DNA of 64,000 nucleotides from positions 1,057 through 65,056 of the forward strand of contig CAYIAH010000001.1 in assembly GCA_964361495.1 (NCBI GenBank), read 5' to 3'. The position numbers were made by a program, and so were the translations under genes. Under the pieces are notes generated by a model. That model made no database searches. It saw nothing but the letters and a program-made list of their open reading frames with translations, and was not told the origin of the DNA. Below are positions 1 through 9,423 of the stretch, in pieces (position 1 is the first letter of the stretch; the number at the start of each line of letters is the position of its first letter). Origin of the DNA: an uncultured Candidatus Saccharibacteria bacterium (lineage in GTDB: Bacteria; Patescibacteriota; Minisyncoccia; Sungbacterales; HO2-52-23).

Positions 1-1
1 A

Positions 2-322
2 AAAATGACGCCGCTCGATCTTGTGCGCCTTTCGACGAAAATCGCGGGACCCGAGCTCGTTGCAACCAAAATGCATCGCTCGCTTCTTGAAGTGGGGAAA
101 ACGCTTTATTCGTGGCCGCAGCTTGGAGACGCCGCAACTCTTTCGGGTGTTGCGGCGGCATATGCCGCGCGGCGTATCGCGCTTGGCGAGCCGCTTAAAA
201 CCGGAAAAATTGAAATAAATCTTGATGCCATTTTTGATCCCAATTATTATGATCCGCGCAATGCCGCCGCACGCGATGAGGAGCGCCGCGCGTTTCTCAA
301 AACCATCGGACTTGAGACATGA
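2..322 (+). CDS. C-terminal part of ThiF/E1-like (Rv1355c/MoeY-type) adenylyltransferase; 5' end outside window
   Basis: SLLEVGKTLYSWPQLG...AARRIALGEPL.TG resembles the end of the ThiF region in Rv1355c-type proteins; frame open to the window edge; stop overlaps next start (ATGA). Confidence 0.65.
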   Translation, partial: KMTPLDLVRLSTKIAGPELVATKMHRSLLEVGKTLYSWPQLGDAATLSGVAAAYAARRIALGEPLKTGKIEINLDAIFDPNYYDPRNAAARDEERRAFLKTIGLET

Positions 323-1371
323 ATGAAATGTTCTCAAAAATCATTGAAGCGGGAATTCAGGCGCCCTCTGGCGATAACTCGCAGCCATGGGAATTTCGGG
401 TTCGGGAAAATATTATTTCAGTTTTCAATCGGCCAGATCGCGATCTCCCATTTTTTAATTTTGCCCAACGCGGCTCCCACGTTGCGCATGGGGCGCTTCT
501 TGAAAATATGAAAATTGCCGCGCGGCATTTTGGTTATGAAGCATCCCTTACTCTTTTTCCGGAGCCGGAGAATGAACATCACGTTGCCGATGTGATGCTT
601 GTCGCGGGAGAGAGTTCCGGAGAGTCGCTGTATCCATACATTTTTACGCGCGCGACGAATCGCAAAGCATACCTCACCACGCCTTTGAGTCCGTTAGAGA
701 AAGAGGCATTGCTGAAAGCGGGCGATGAAGTCGGCGGCGGGACAGTGCGGTTGGCGGAGGATGGCGAGGCGCGCCGCGCGATTGCCGAAGCATCGGTCGC
801 GAATGAACGCGTGGTGTTGGAGACCCCGGCGCTTCGTCAAATCTTTTTTGATCACGTCGTATGGTCAGAAGAGGAAGAAAAACAAAAACGGACCGGCCTC
901 TATCTGAAAACATTGGAACTCGCGCGGCCGCAGGAGGCGATTTTTTGGTTGTACCGTTTCCCGCGTGCGGCGCGCCTTTTGAACGCGGTGGGTTTCTCGC
1001 GCCTTATTGCCCGCGATAACGCGCGGCTTTATGCGTCATCCGGAGCAATTATCGCGGTCACCACCGAAAGAGATACGCGCCATGATTTTGTGACCGGCGG
1101 CAGGATTATGGAACGGGTGTGGCTTACGGCGGCGCGCCACGGATTACATGTGCACCCGGTCACCGGCGTACTGTTTCTTATGCATCGGATTGCGGCAGGT
1201 GATACCTCGGAGTTGTCAGATGTCTCGGTCGGGCTTCTCTCTCGTGCGCATGAACGCATCCGTTCCACATTCGGGATGCAGCATGGTACAATAGTGATGC
1301 TTTTTCGGGTGGGGAAGGCGGGTGAACCGTCAGCGCGTTCTTCACGCCTCCCGCCACGAATTCTTTCGTGA
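319..1371 (+). CDS. Acg/Rv1355c-type nitroreductase-fold FMN oxidoreductase
   Basis: APSGDNSQPW motif, R.TNR, GR.MERVWLTA...GL, C-terminal FRVG...S.R. Confidence 0.85.
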   Translation: MNEMFSKIIEAGIQAPSGDNSQPWEFRVRENIISVFNRPDRDLPFFNFAQRGSHVAHGALLENMKIAARHFGYEASLTLFPEPENEHHVADVMLVAGESSGESLYPYIFTRATNRKAYLTTPLSPLEKEALLKAGDEVGGGTVRLAEDGEARRAIAEASVANERVVLETPALRQIFFDHVVWSEEEEKQKRTGLYLKTLELARPQEAIFWLYRFPRAARLLNAVGFSRLIARDNARLYASSGAIIAVTTERDTRHDFVTGGRIMERVWLTAARHGLHVHPVTGVLFLMHRIAAGDTSELSDVSVGLLSRAHERIRSTFGMQHGTIVMLFRVGKAGEPSARSSRLPPRILS

Positions 1372-3005
1372 CTAGTATCTTTGTAAACATTGATCTTCTT
1401 TCGGTCGGGATCGCGGTTGCGTCAACCGCGATTTTCGGCTTCATGGTTTTCTTCAATAACCGGACGAGCGCGACCAATCGCGCGTTTTTACTGTTTGCGG
1501 CCGCGACTATTCTCTGGGGAGTTTTTAATTATTTGAGTTATCAGGCAACTACCTCTATTGCGTTTTGGTTTTTGCGTTTGACGCTTTTCTTCGGCACGAT
1601 GCAGGCCTTTTTCATCTTTCATCTTTTTTATATCTTCCCGCAGGAGGCGGTGAGTTTGAAGAGATGGTACACGTACGGATTGATTCCCGTGACCGCCATC
1701 ACCGCGCTTTTCACCTTGACGCCGTTAGTGCTTCAGGGGGTGAGTCGGGTATTTCCCGATGGCAGGATTGCAGAGGCGGAGAACGGCCCCGGGATTTTTC
1801 TTTTTGGCGCGCTCAATGTAGGACTCGTCGTGAGCGGACTCGTGATTCTCATCAGGAAAATGCGCCGCGCACAAGGTCCGGCAAAGAAACAATTCGGTCT
1901 CGTGCTTGCAGGCGCGCTTGCGATGTTTTCTCTGATTATCATTTTTAATTTCGTGTTTCCGGCATTCTATGGCAATCCGCGTTTCATCCCGCTCGGCGCG
2001 CTTTTTATGTTTCCTTTTATTGCCGCGACCGCATATGCGATTATACGGCACGGGCTTTTTAACGTGCGGGTGGCGGCAACGGAAATTCTTACGCTCATTG
2101 TGATCATAGTGACGTTTTTTGAAGTCATTACTTCAGAGGGATTCGTGGAAACAATGATGAGGGTGGGTATCTTCGGGTTTCTTATCGCGTTCGGGGTTCT
2201 CCTTATCCGGAGCGTCCGGCGGGAGGCGCTCCAGCGCGAACGTCTTGAGATGCTCACCAAGCAGCTCGCGGCCGCAAATGAAGAATTGAAACGGTTGGAC
2301 CGCGCGAAATCTGAATTCCTTTCCCTCGCCTCGCATCAATTGCGCGCGCCGCTGACGATCATCAAAGGGTACGTGTCGCTTGCGCTTGAAGGAACATTGG
2401 GAGATCTCACTGACAAGGCGAAAGAATCTCTTGACAAAGTATTTTTCTCAACGAACCAGCTCGTGAAGCTCGTAAGCGATCTTCTTGATCTTTCGCGAAT
2501 TGAAGCGGGACGCATCCAATATCAGCGTGTCCCCGGCGATTTCACCGCGCTTGCGGACCGCATCGTTGAAGAGATTCGTCCGCGGGCGGAAACGAAAAAC
2601 GTGTCCCTGCGGTTTGAAAATGCGACAGGCGGTCCTTTAGTATTTATGTTTGATCCCGATAAAATTCGCGAAGTCGTGATGAACCTTATTGACAATGCGA
2701 TCAAGTATTCGGATCATGGGACTATTATTGTCCGCGAAGAATATGTCCAAAGCCCGCGAGGCCGCGCATTACGCTTGAGCGTACATGACGAGGGACTCGG
2801 CGTGGCGCCCGAAGACATCCCGAATCTCTTTACCAAGTTTACCCGCACCAAGGAGGCGCGCCTGCGGGATCCCAGCGGTCTCGGAATCGGACTGTATTTT
2901 GTCAAACGCGTCGTGGAGGATCACGGCGGAAACGTGCGGGCCGAATCCAAGGGCATCGGAAAAGGAAGCACCTTCGTCATTGAACTGCCGCTCAGCAAAA
3001 GTTAA
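1368..3005 (+). CDS. Sensor histidine kinase with N-terminal multi-TM (HisKA_7TM-like) domain
   Basis: Hydrophobic N-terminal half; H-box SHQLRAPLT, N-box NLIDNAIKY, G boxes DEGLG and GLGIGL. Confidence 0.92.
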   Translation: MTSIFVNIDLLSVGIAVASTAIFGFMVFFNNRTSATNRAFLLFAAATILWGVFNYLSYQATTSIAFWFLRLTLFFGTMQAFFIFHLFYIFPQEAVSLKRWYTYGLIPVTAITALFTLTPLVLQGVSRVFPDGRIAEAENGPGIFLFGALNVGLVVSGLVILIRKMRRAQGPAKKQFGLVLAGALAMFSLIIIFNFVFPAFYGNPRFIPLGALFMFPFIAATAYAIIRHGLFNVRVAATEILTLIVIIVTFFEVITSEGFVETMMRVGIFGFLIAFGVLLIRSVRREALQRERLEMLTKQLAAANEELKRLDRAKSEFLSLASHQLRAPLTIIKGYVSLALEGTLGDLTDKAKESLDKVFFSTNQLVKLVSDLLDLSRIEAGRIQYQRVPGDFTALADRIVEEIRPRAETKNVSLRFENATGGPLVFMFDPDKIREVVMNLIDNAIKYSDHGTIIVREEYVQSPRGRALRLSVHDEGLGVAPEDIPNLFTKFTRTKEARLRDPSGLGIGLYFVKRVVEDHGGNVRAESKGIGKGSTFVIELPLSKS

Positions 3006-3016
3006 AACCTCACATT

Positions 3017-4432
3017 ATGCGTACACTCACAAAAGACCTGCCGCAGAAAATCGGCGAATCAGTGACCCTTATGGGGTGGATTAATGCGCGCCGCAATCAC
3101 GGCAAGCTCATTTTTATTGATGTGCGCGACCGGTGGGGAGTCGCGCAGGTAGTATGCGCTCCGGCGAATAAAGAATTATTTGGAAAGGTTGAGCGCGTGC
3201 GTCCGGAGTGGGTAGTGAGCGTGGAGGGCATGGTCAAGGAGCGGCCAGCGGGCATGCGGAATCCGGACTTTGCCACGGGGGGTATTGAAGTTGAGGCAGT
3301 AGATCTTGAAATTCTTTCGGAAGCAAAGACGCCTCCATTTGCTCTTGACAGCGACGGCTACGAGATCGGGGAAGAGCACCGTCTAAAATATCGGTATCTT
3401 GATCTTCGACGCGCCCGGCTTCAGAAGAATATAGAAATGCGGGATCGTGTCATTGCGTTTTTCCGCGAGTGGCTTCACGCCCGCGATTTTCTGGAAATTG
3501 AAACACCGATTCTTACAAAATCAACTCCCGAAGGCGCGCGCGATTACGTGGTTCCGTCGCGTCTGTACCCGGGCGCGTTTTATGCTTTGCCTCAATCGCC
3601 CCAGCAGTATAAACAATTGTTGATGGTCGCGGGATTTGAGCGGTATTTTCAGATTGCGCGCTGTTTCAGGGATGAAGATACGCGGGGCGACCGGCAGCCG
3701 GAATTTACTCAGCTTGATATTGAGATGAGTTTCGTGGAACAGGAAGACGTGCTGTCGCTTATTGAGGAACTTTACGCGGCGCTCGTTAAAACTCTGTTTC
3801 CGGAAAAACGGATAGCGGCATTTCCTTTTCCGCGGCTCACCTACCAGGAGGCAACGGCGCGGTGGGGCACTGATAAACCGGATTTGCGGACGAATAAAGA
3901 CGATCCGAATGAACTCGCCTTTGCGTTCATTGTTGATTTTCCCATGTTTGAATGGAAAGAACGGGAGCAGCGATGGGATGCGGTGCATCATCCGTTTACG
4001 AAAATCAAAAATCCTTCGCCGGGCAGGCCGCAATCTGAAATCCGAAAAGAAACCGCCGGAATGCTTATTGCCCAGCAGTATGATTTCGTATTGAATGGGT
4101 ATGAGATCGGCGGCGGTTCAATCCGCGAACATGATCCTGCGATCATTGAGGAGGTTTTTAAGGTGATGGGGCATACGGCCGAGGACGTGCGCGCCAAATT
4201 CGGGCATCTGCTTGAAGCGTTTATGCACGGTGTTCCGCCGCACGGCGGGATCGCGCCCGGCATTGACCGCGCGCTCATGATTTTACAGATGGAGCCGAAT
4301 ATCCGCGAAGTGATTGCTTTTCCTAAAACCGGCGATGCACGCGATCTTATGATGGATGCGCCTTCGGCGTTAGAAAAAGAACAGCTTGAAGAACTCCATT
4401 TGGAGATAAAAAAGAGCAAGAGCGGTGATTAG
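3017..4432 (+). CDS. aspS: Aspartate-tRNA ligase, short form lacking GAD insertion, probably non-discriminating
   Basis: RLKYRYLDLRR, STPEGARDY, LPQSPQ, FRDED, PPHGGIAPGIDR; RNHG motif. Confidence 0.97.
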   Translation: MRTLTKDLPQKIGESVTLMGWINARRNHGKLIFIDVRDRWGVAQVVCAPANKELFGKVERVRPEWVVSVEGMVKERPAGMRNPDFATGGIEVEAVDLEILSEAKTPPFALDSDGYEIGEEHRLKYRYLDLRRARLQKNIEMRDRVIAFFREWLHARDFLEIETPILTKSTPEGARDYVVPSRLYPGAFYALPQSPQQYKQLLMVAGFERYFQIARCFRDEDTRGDRQPEFTQLDIEMSFVEQEDVLSLIEELYAALVKTLFPEKRIAAFPFPRLTYQEATARWGTDKPDLRTNKDDPNELAFAFIVDFPMFEWKEREQRWDAVHHPFTKIKNPSPGRPQSEIRKETAGMLIAQQYDFVLNGYEIGGGSIREHDPAIIEEVFKVMGHTAEDVRAKFGHLLEAFMHGVPPHGGIAPGIDRALMILQMEPNIREVIAFPKTGDARDLMMDAPSALEKEQLEELHLEIKKSKSGD

Positions 4433-4456
4433 GATATTATATGCAACAACGCGTCG

Positions 4457-4613
4457 TTCCCCTCGTCCCGCTTGCAGAGATTCCAGACTTAGTCTAGCAT
4501 ATTCCAGACTAAGTCTGGAATAATTAGACTTAGTCTGGAATGATTGAACTGCGATGCGGAGAAAAGATGGAGTTCGATCCCCACCCATTTACTGTAATAG
4601 GGGACGAGGGGAA
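4457..4613 (+). ncRNA. Candidate rod-shaped structured RNA (6S-like) downstream of aspS
   Basis: Perfect 13-bp terminal stem TTCCCCTCGTCCC(4457-4469)/GGGACGAGGGGAA(4601-4613); inner stems TTGCAG/CTGTAA and ATTGAACT/AGTTCGAT need G-U pairs on + strand; TATTAT just upstream. Confidence 0.45.
4481..4540. repeat. Three tandem palindromic REP-like units, core AGACTWAGTCT
   Basis: Cores at 4485, 4506, 4526; the same unit recurs at 62961-62999. Confidence 0.85.
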
Positions 4614-4645
4614 TCCGCATATACCTATTAATTTTTTTACACGTC

Positions 4646-5566
4646 ATGTCATATACGCGGCTTTCCATTTTGAATGCGATGCTGGTGCTTATGCTGTTCT
4701 TTTTTTCAACAACTATTGATAGTGACCGCGGAATCGCGAGTCCGTCACTTCGTCCTGCAGAAAAAAAAGAAAAAGTTGGTTTGAATGAAGTATCTCGGCG
4801 CCGCGCGCCGCCGGAACTCTCGGCGGAATCGTATGTCGTGAGAATAATCGGGGAAGAAACGCCGCTTTTGAGTCGCCGGTCTGATAAACCGCTCCCGCCC
4901 GCAAGTTTGACCAAGCTTATGACTGCGGCGATTGCGTTTGAAGGACTTGCGCCGGATCAGCCTATTCTTCTGTCAAGAGATGCGAAGAACGTTGAAGAAA
5001 AAACGAGCGGTGCCGCGGCGGGAGAAGTGTTTTCCCGCGACGGCGCGATTAAAATGGCACTTATTTCTTCGGCGAACGATGCCGCGCTTGCACTCGCCGA
5101 TGAAACGGGCAGAAAACGCGGAGCATATGATTTTTCGTCAGCACTCGCGCGGTTTGTGGAAACAATGAATCAGTATGCGCGCGCGCAGGGACTCCGGGCG
5201 ACCAATTTCGTCAATCCCACGGGTCTTGATATGGAAGGGCATCACGCGAGCGCCGATGACATCGCGCGTCTTATGGAATACTTATGGAATCGCCATCCGC
5301 GCCTTCTCGAATTTTCACGCACCATTGAAACATCAGTTTTATCGCGGCAGGGATATAATCACAAGGTGAGCAATACGAACGACTTGTTAAAAGAATTCCC
5401 GGCGATTCTCGGCAGTAAAACGGGATTCACCGATGCGGCGCAGGGAGCGCTCGCGCTTTGGTATCCGGCATCGGACCGCAGAGTCGCGCTTGTGGTGCTC
5501 CTTGGGTCTCCTGATCGATTTAAAGATGGGAAGAGAGTATTGCGATGGCTTGAAGATGTATTTTAG
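4646..5566 (+). CDS. D-alanyl-D-alanine carboxypeptidase (peptidase S11)
   Basis: SxxK (ASLTK), SAN and KTG motifs; N-terminal signal/anchor. Confidence 0.92.
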   Translation: MSYTRLSILNAMLVLMLFFFSTTIDSDRGIASPSLRPAEKKEKVGLNEVSRRRAPPELSAESYVVRIIGEETPLLSRRSDKPLPPASLTKLMTAAIAFEGLAPDQPILLSRDAKNVEEKTSGAAAGEVFSRDGAIKMALISSANDAALALADETGRKRGAYDFSSALARFVETMNQYARAQGLRATNFVNPTGLDMEGHHASADDIARLMEYLWNRHPRLLEFSRTIETSVLSRQGYNHKVSNTNDLLKEFPAILGSKTGFTDAAQGALALWYPASDRRVALVVLLGSPDRFKDGKRVLRWLEDVF

Positions 5567-5578
5567 GACAGCTTTTCA

Positions 5579-6652
5579 ATGGACATCCCTTTTCTCACCG
5601 TCACTAATGTCGTCAAAATCTTTACGCTCACGGCGTTCTCTTTTATTGCGGCGATTCTGTGGACTCCGCTTCTCACGCACTATCTTTATAAATACAAATT
5701 GTGGCGCAAAGAGGTGCGCGAAATCTCGCCTGACGGGACGAGAACGCCGCTGTTCGCGAAACTGCATAAAGATCGCGAGACGAGCGTCCCGCGGCTCGGC
5801 GGGGTGCTTATTTGGGGAACCGCATTTGGCGTCGCGATGATCCTCTGGGCCATGGCGCAGTTGACCGACAGCCCGTTTTGGGATAAAGCAAATTTTCTCT
5901 CGCGGAATCAGACGTGGCTCCCTCTTTTTACCCTGCTTGCGGCGTCTCTCCTTGGCCTTGCGGATGATCTCTTTCAAGTATTCGGCAAAGGGAAGTATAT
6001 TGCCGGGGGCATTCGTTTCCGGCATCGGCTTCTTGTCGTCGCGCTCATTGCCCTCGCAGGCGCATGGTGGTTTTATTCAAAACTCGGCTGGCAGACGATG
6101 TATATTCCCGGGTACGGCGACCTTTTTATCAACGGATGGTATGTGCCGCTCTTTTTTGCGGTGATGATTCTTCTTTTTTCTTCAAGCGTGGTTGACGGCA
6201 TTGACGGGCTCGCCGGCGGCGTATTTGCATCAATTTTTGCCGCGTACGGCGGCATCGCATTTTTCCGCGGGCAGATTGATCTTGCGGCATTCGCGGCGGC
6301 CGTGCTCGGTGCGCTCCTCGCGTTTTTATGGTTCAACATTCCGCCGGCGCGTTTCTATATGGGCGAGTCGGGGGTCTTGGGGCTTACGACCTCGCTCACC
6401 GTCATCGCGTTTTTGACGGATTCAGTGATGGTGCTTCCGGTCATTGGTTTCGTGCTGATGCTCGAAGTGGCGTCAAATGTAATTCAGTTTGCGTCAAAAC
6501 GATTCTTCGGAAAAAAAGTTTTTTTGATTGCGCCGATCCATCATCATTTTGAAGCGCTCGGCTGGCCGCCTTATAAAGTCACCATGCGATTTTGGGTCAT
6601 CAGTTTTGTTGCGGCGATCATCGGCATGGTGATTGCATTGATCGGGAGGTAA
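5579..6652 (+). CDS. mraY: Phospho-N-acetylmuramoyl-pentapeptide transferase
   Basis: DD motif, DGIDGL, FNIPPARFYMGE, APIHHHFE. Confidence 0.93.
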   Translation: MDIPFLTVTNVVKIFTLTAFSFIAAILWTPLLTHYLYKYKLWRKEVREISPDGTRTPLFAKLHKDRETSVPRLGGVLIWGTAFGVAMILWAMAQLTDSPFWDKANFLSRNQTWLPLFTLLAASLLGLADDLFQVFGKGKYIAGGIRFRHRLLVVALIALAGAWWFYSKLGWQTMYIPGYGDLFINGWYVPLFFAVMILLFSSSVVDGIDGLAGGVFASIFAAYGGIAFFRGQIDLAAFAAAVLGALLAFLWFNIPPARFYMGESGVLGLTTSLTVIAFLTDSVMVLPVIGFVLMLEVASNVIQFASKRFFGKKVFLIAPIHHHFEALGWPPYKVTMRFWVISFVAAIIGMVIALIGR

Positions 6653-6653
6653 A

Positions 6654-6800
6654 TGAAGCTCCGACCAGCAAGCTGGTCGGTATCAAGCGGAATTCTTCCG
6701 AAGCCGAATACCCTCCTTCGCTAAAGCTTCGGAAGGGTTATTCTCCTTTCACGCCTTCATCCGACCAACAAGTTGGTCGGTATTCGGCGAAGGAGAATAA
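6654..6800. mobile_element. Short non-autonomous palindrome-associated element (IS200/IS605-end-like) with internal REP-like hairpin
   Basis: Hairpins CCGACCAGC-AA-GCTGGTCGG (6661-6680) and CCGACCAAC-AA-GTTGGTCGG (6761-6780); internal CCTTCGCTAAAGCTTCGGAAGG; no transposase ORF. Confidence 0.55.
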
Positions 6801-6827
6801 AAAAACCGCATACGTGTGTGTACGCGG
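6799..6827 (-). terminator. Intrinsic terminator for the 62-aa gene
   Basis: Minus-strand stem CCGCGTAC/GTATGCGG followed by T7. Confidence 0.7.
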
Positions 6828-6871
6828 CACCGGAATGATCCGGATTTAATCCTATTTTGAATAGGATTGAC

Positions 6872-7060
6872 TTAATCCTTTTGTTTCAGGATGAGGAGAC
6901 AAACATCATGCGAAACCCCAAAAACTGTCAGTTGATCGAAAGGAGTTCCGGGAAACTCTCTATGGGCCGCCTCAATGACTTCGAAGATGGTGGCGTCAGA
7001 ATCCCAGATCACTTGTTTCTTATCAAGGTCATCATACTCTACCGTATACTGTTTTGTCAT
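6872..7060 (-). CDS. Small hypothetical protein (62 aa)
   Basis: SD AAAGGAG before ATG, own sigma70-like promoter and terminator. Confidence 0.7.
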   Translation of the reverse strand: MTKQYTVEYDDLDKKQVIWDSDATIFEVIEAAHREFPGTPFDQLTVFGVSHDVCLLILKQKD

Positions 7061-7097
7061 AATCTCATCTCCTTTCTGATTTTGCTCGGTAAACGAT

Positions 7098-7126
7098 AAT
7101 ATACTCTATCTAGTCATATTTGTCAA
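7098..7126 (-). promoter_or_regulatory. Sigma70-type promoter
   Basis: TTGACA-17 bp-TATATT on minus strand. Confidence 0.7.
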
Positions 7127-7151
7127 ATAAATGGAGTGGATGCCGGTGACC

Positions 7152-7180
7152 TTGATATGCAGTTCCTATTCGTGTATAAT
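7152..7180 (+). promoter_or_regulatory. Sigma70-type promoter
   Basis: TTGATA-17 bp-TATAAT. Confidence 0.75.
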
Positions 7181-7236
7181 AGTATAAGGAGGTTCTTTAC
7201 AAACAGGCAGATAAAATTTTGCAGGAGGAGAAAGAC

Positions 7237-7770
7237 ATGTCCGGAATAAAAACAAAATCAGGGCGGCGGAGCATTGCGATCGCGGTGATTATCCTCGGCA
7301 TAGCCGCAGGCATTGCGTGGGCAGGGGAAAATACATTTCAGCCGCTCACCACCGAATTGGAACTTTGGCCCGCAAAACTCTCAATCCTCTCCCAAGTGGA
7401 ATTCATCGATCAGTTGATCAGTAAAGAGCGCATTACATCTCTCACCGAAAAAGATCAAGAACACCTGAGTATCTATCTGTATCTGTATGTATTTGAAAAT
7501 AAAAGCGATACAAAGATCAGGATAACTTTTGCTCACAATCGCATACTCGGCTCGCCTTTATTCCAGCTGGAACAAGATTTCTATCTGACATTGAAACCGC
7601 ATGAGAAAAAGGTCGTCAAGTTTTATGCGACTGGAAAACCGGAAATTATCGCCGCGTCCTTGGTAAATGCATGGTGGCACGAAGGGAAAAAGAAATGGTT
7701 TTACGGCGGAGCTGCGGGCATGGCGCTTTATATACCTCCCCGGAATGCCTTTTTTGAAGAACTGCCCTGA
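7237..7770 (+). CDS. Hypothetical secreted protein
   Basis: SD AGGAGG; signal peptide ending AWA; ATG 7237 preferred over TTG 7219. Confidence 0.75.
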   Translation: MSGIKTKSGRRSIAIAVIILGIAAGIAWAGENTFQPLTTELELWPAKLSILSQVEFIDQLISKERITSLTEKDQEHLSIYLYLYVFENKSDTKIRITFAHNRILGSPLFQLEQDFYLTLKPHEKKVVKFYATGKPEIIAASLVNAWWHEGKKKWFYGGAAGMALYIPPRNAFFEELP

Positions 7771-7845
7771 TTTCGTCATCCGCACCACGCACCTGCGTGG
7801 CGTTTTCTTGTATTCAAAGATACCGCCGCGTATAATAATAAGTAT

Positions 7846-9423
7846 ATGGTCTCGTATGATGTGCTCATAAAATCGGGAACAGTGATTGACGGCACTGGCG
7901 CGCCGCCGGGAACGATGGATGTGGGCGTCCGCGACCGGCATATCGCGGATATGGGGGTTCTTGAGGGAGCAACCGCCGAAGTCGTCATAGATGCGGCGGG
8001 AAAATATGTGACGCCGGGGTTTATTGATGTGACCAATCATTCCGATACGCACCTCTCTTTATTCAAATACCCGGGCCTTGACGGGCTTCTCATGCAAGGG
8101 GTGACCACGGCGATCGGCGGCAACTGCGGCGCGTCGCTCGCTCCGCTCGCATCCGGCGACTCCATTCTCGCGATACGCAAATGGGCGGATCCTTCTGACA
8201 TAAATGTTAATTGGAACAGCGTCGGGGAATTTTTGGCGGAAATCACGAAATTGCGTCTGGGAGTTAACTTTGGGATGTTCGCGGGCTACGGGACACTCCG
8301 GCGCGGCGTGATCGGCAATGCCGCGCGGCTTCTGGATCGCAACGAACGCCAAGAGATCCGGTTTCTTCTTGAAGAGAGTGTGCGCGAGGGAGCGCTCGGC
8401 CTTTCGCTCGGGCTTGCCTATGGTCACGAGCGGGTCTCTCCGACGGAAGAAATTGTGGAAATTGCGGGAGGACTCGCTGCGGCAGGCGGCATTATTAAAC
8501 TCCATCTTCGCGCGGAAGGGTCTGATTTGATTGCCGCGGTCAATGAAGCGGTGCAGATCAGCCGCGAAGCCGGCGCAACAGTGCATATTAGTCATTTCAA
8601 AGTGATTGGCAGAAAATCGCGGGGGCTTTTCAACAAAGCGCTTGAGATTTTGAATGGCGCGGCCGCATCAGGTGTCGCGGTGAGTTTCGACGTATCCCCC
8701 TATGCGACGACGGGATCTCCGCTTTATGCCCTGCTTCCTTCATGGGCGCGGCAGGGGGGATTTTCTGCGCTCTTTGAGCGGCTCGCGAACGATTACGAGC
8801 GGGGACTGATCATCGGGGACTTGAAAAAATACACCCTTCACTATGGACGGATTACGGTCATCTCGGCCAAGATCCCGCATCTCGTCGGCCGGACGCTCAA
8901 AAAAATTGCGGCCGGGATGGGGATGGAACCGGAAGAGGCGATTCTTGAAATGATTAAAGCAAATGAGGGAAGAATTTCGATTCGAGGACGAACGGTATCG
9001 CTCAAAAACGTGGATGCGGGCATTGCGCATCCCCGGGCGCTCGCGGCATCGGACGGCGAGGGTTATGCGCAGGAAGAGCGCGCTTCGGGGAATCTCCATC
9101 ACCCCCGTTCGTTCGGCGCCTTTCCTCATTTTTTACATCGCTATGTGCGGGACATAAAATCGCTCACCGCCGAGGAGGCGATACGAAAAATCACCGGAGG
9201 TCCCGCCGTGCTTCTTGGAATAAAAGAGCGGGGCGTTCTTGCGGCCGGGATGGCGGCGGATATCGCGGTATTTGATCCGTTTCTTTTCAAAGATCGCGCG
9301 ACCTATAATAATCCGTTTCGGTATCCGGCGGGCATTGAATGGGTGCTCGTCAATGGAAGTATCGCCGTTGAACGCGGGCGGCCAACTGGAGTGCGGTCGG
9401 GAAAGGTGGTACAGAGAAAGTGA
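7846..9423 (+). CDS. N-acyl-D-amino-acid deacylase (amidohydrolase family)
   Basis: PGFID...HSD, GNCG, SHFK, HPRSFGAFP, G..ADIAVFDP. Confidence 0.88.
   Translation: MVSYDVLIKSGTVIDGTGAPPGTMDVGVRDRHIADMGVLEGATAEVVIDAAGKYVTPGFIDVTNHSDTHLSLFKYPGLDGLLMQGVTTAIGGNCGASLAPLASGDSILAIRKWADPSDINVNWNSVGEFLAEITKLRLGVNFGMFAGYGTLRRGVIGNAARLLDRNERQEIRFLLEESVREGALGLSLGLAYGHERVSPTEEIVEIAGGLAAAGGIIKLHLRAEGSDLIAAVNEAVQISREAGATVHISHFKVIGRKSRGLFNKALEILNGAAASGVAVSFDVSPYATTGSPLYALLPSWARQGGFSALFERLANDYERGLIIGDLKKYTLHYGRITVISAKIPHLVGRTLKKIAAGMGMEPEEAILEMIKANEGRISIRGRTVSLKNVDAGIAHPRALAASDGEGYAQEERASGNLHHPRSFGAFPHFLHRYVRDIKSLTAEEAIRKITGGPAVLLGIKERGVLAAGMAADIAVFDPFLFKDRATYNNPFRYPAGIEWVLVNGSIAVERGRPTGVRSGKVVQRK

Noticed and set aside
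4481-4540. Tandem palindromes as a CRISPR array
   Set aside because: Units are about 20 bp apart with no unique spacers, and no cas genes are present.
4560-4595. GTTCGATCC suggesting a tRNA T-loop, or the hairpin as SRP RNA
   Set aside because: No cloverleaf or acceptor stem can be built, and the SRP helix-8 motif is absent on both strands.
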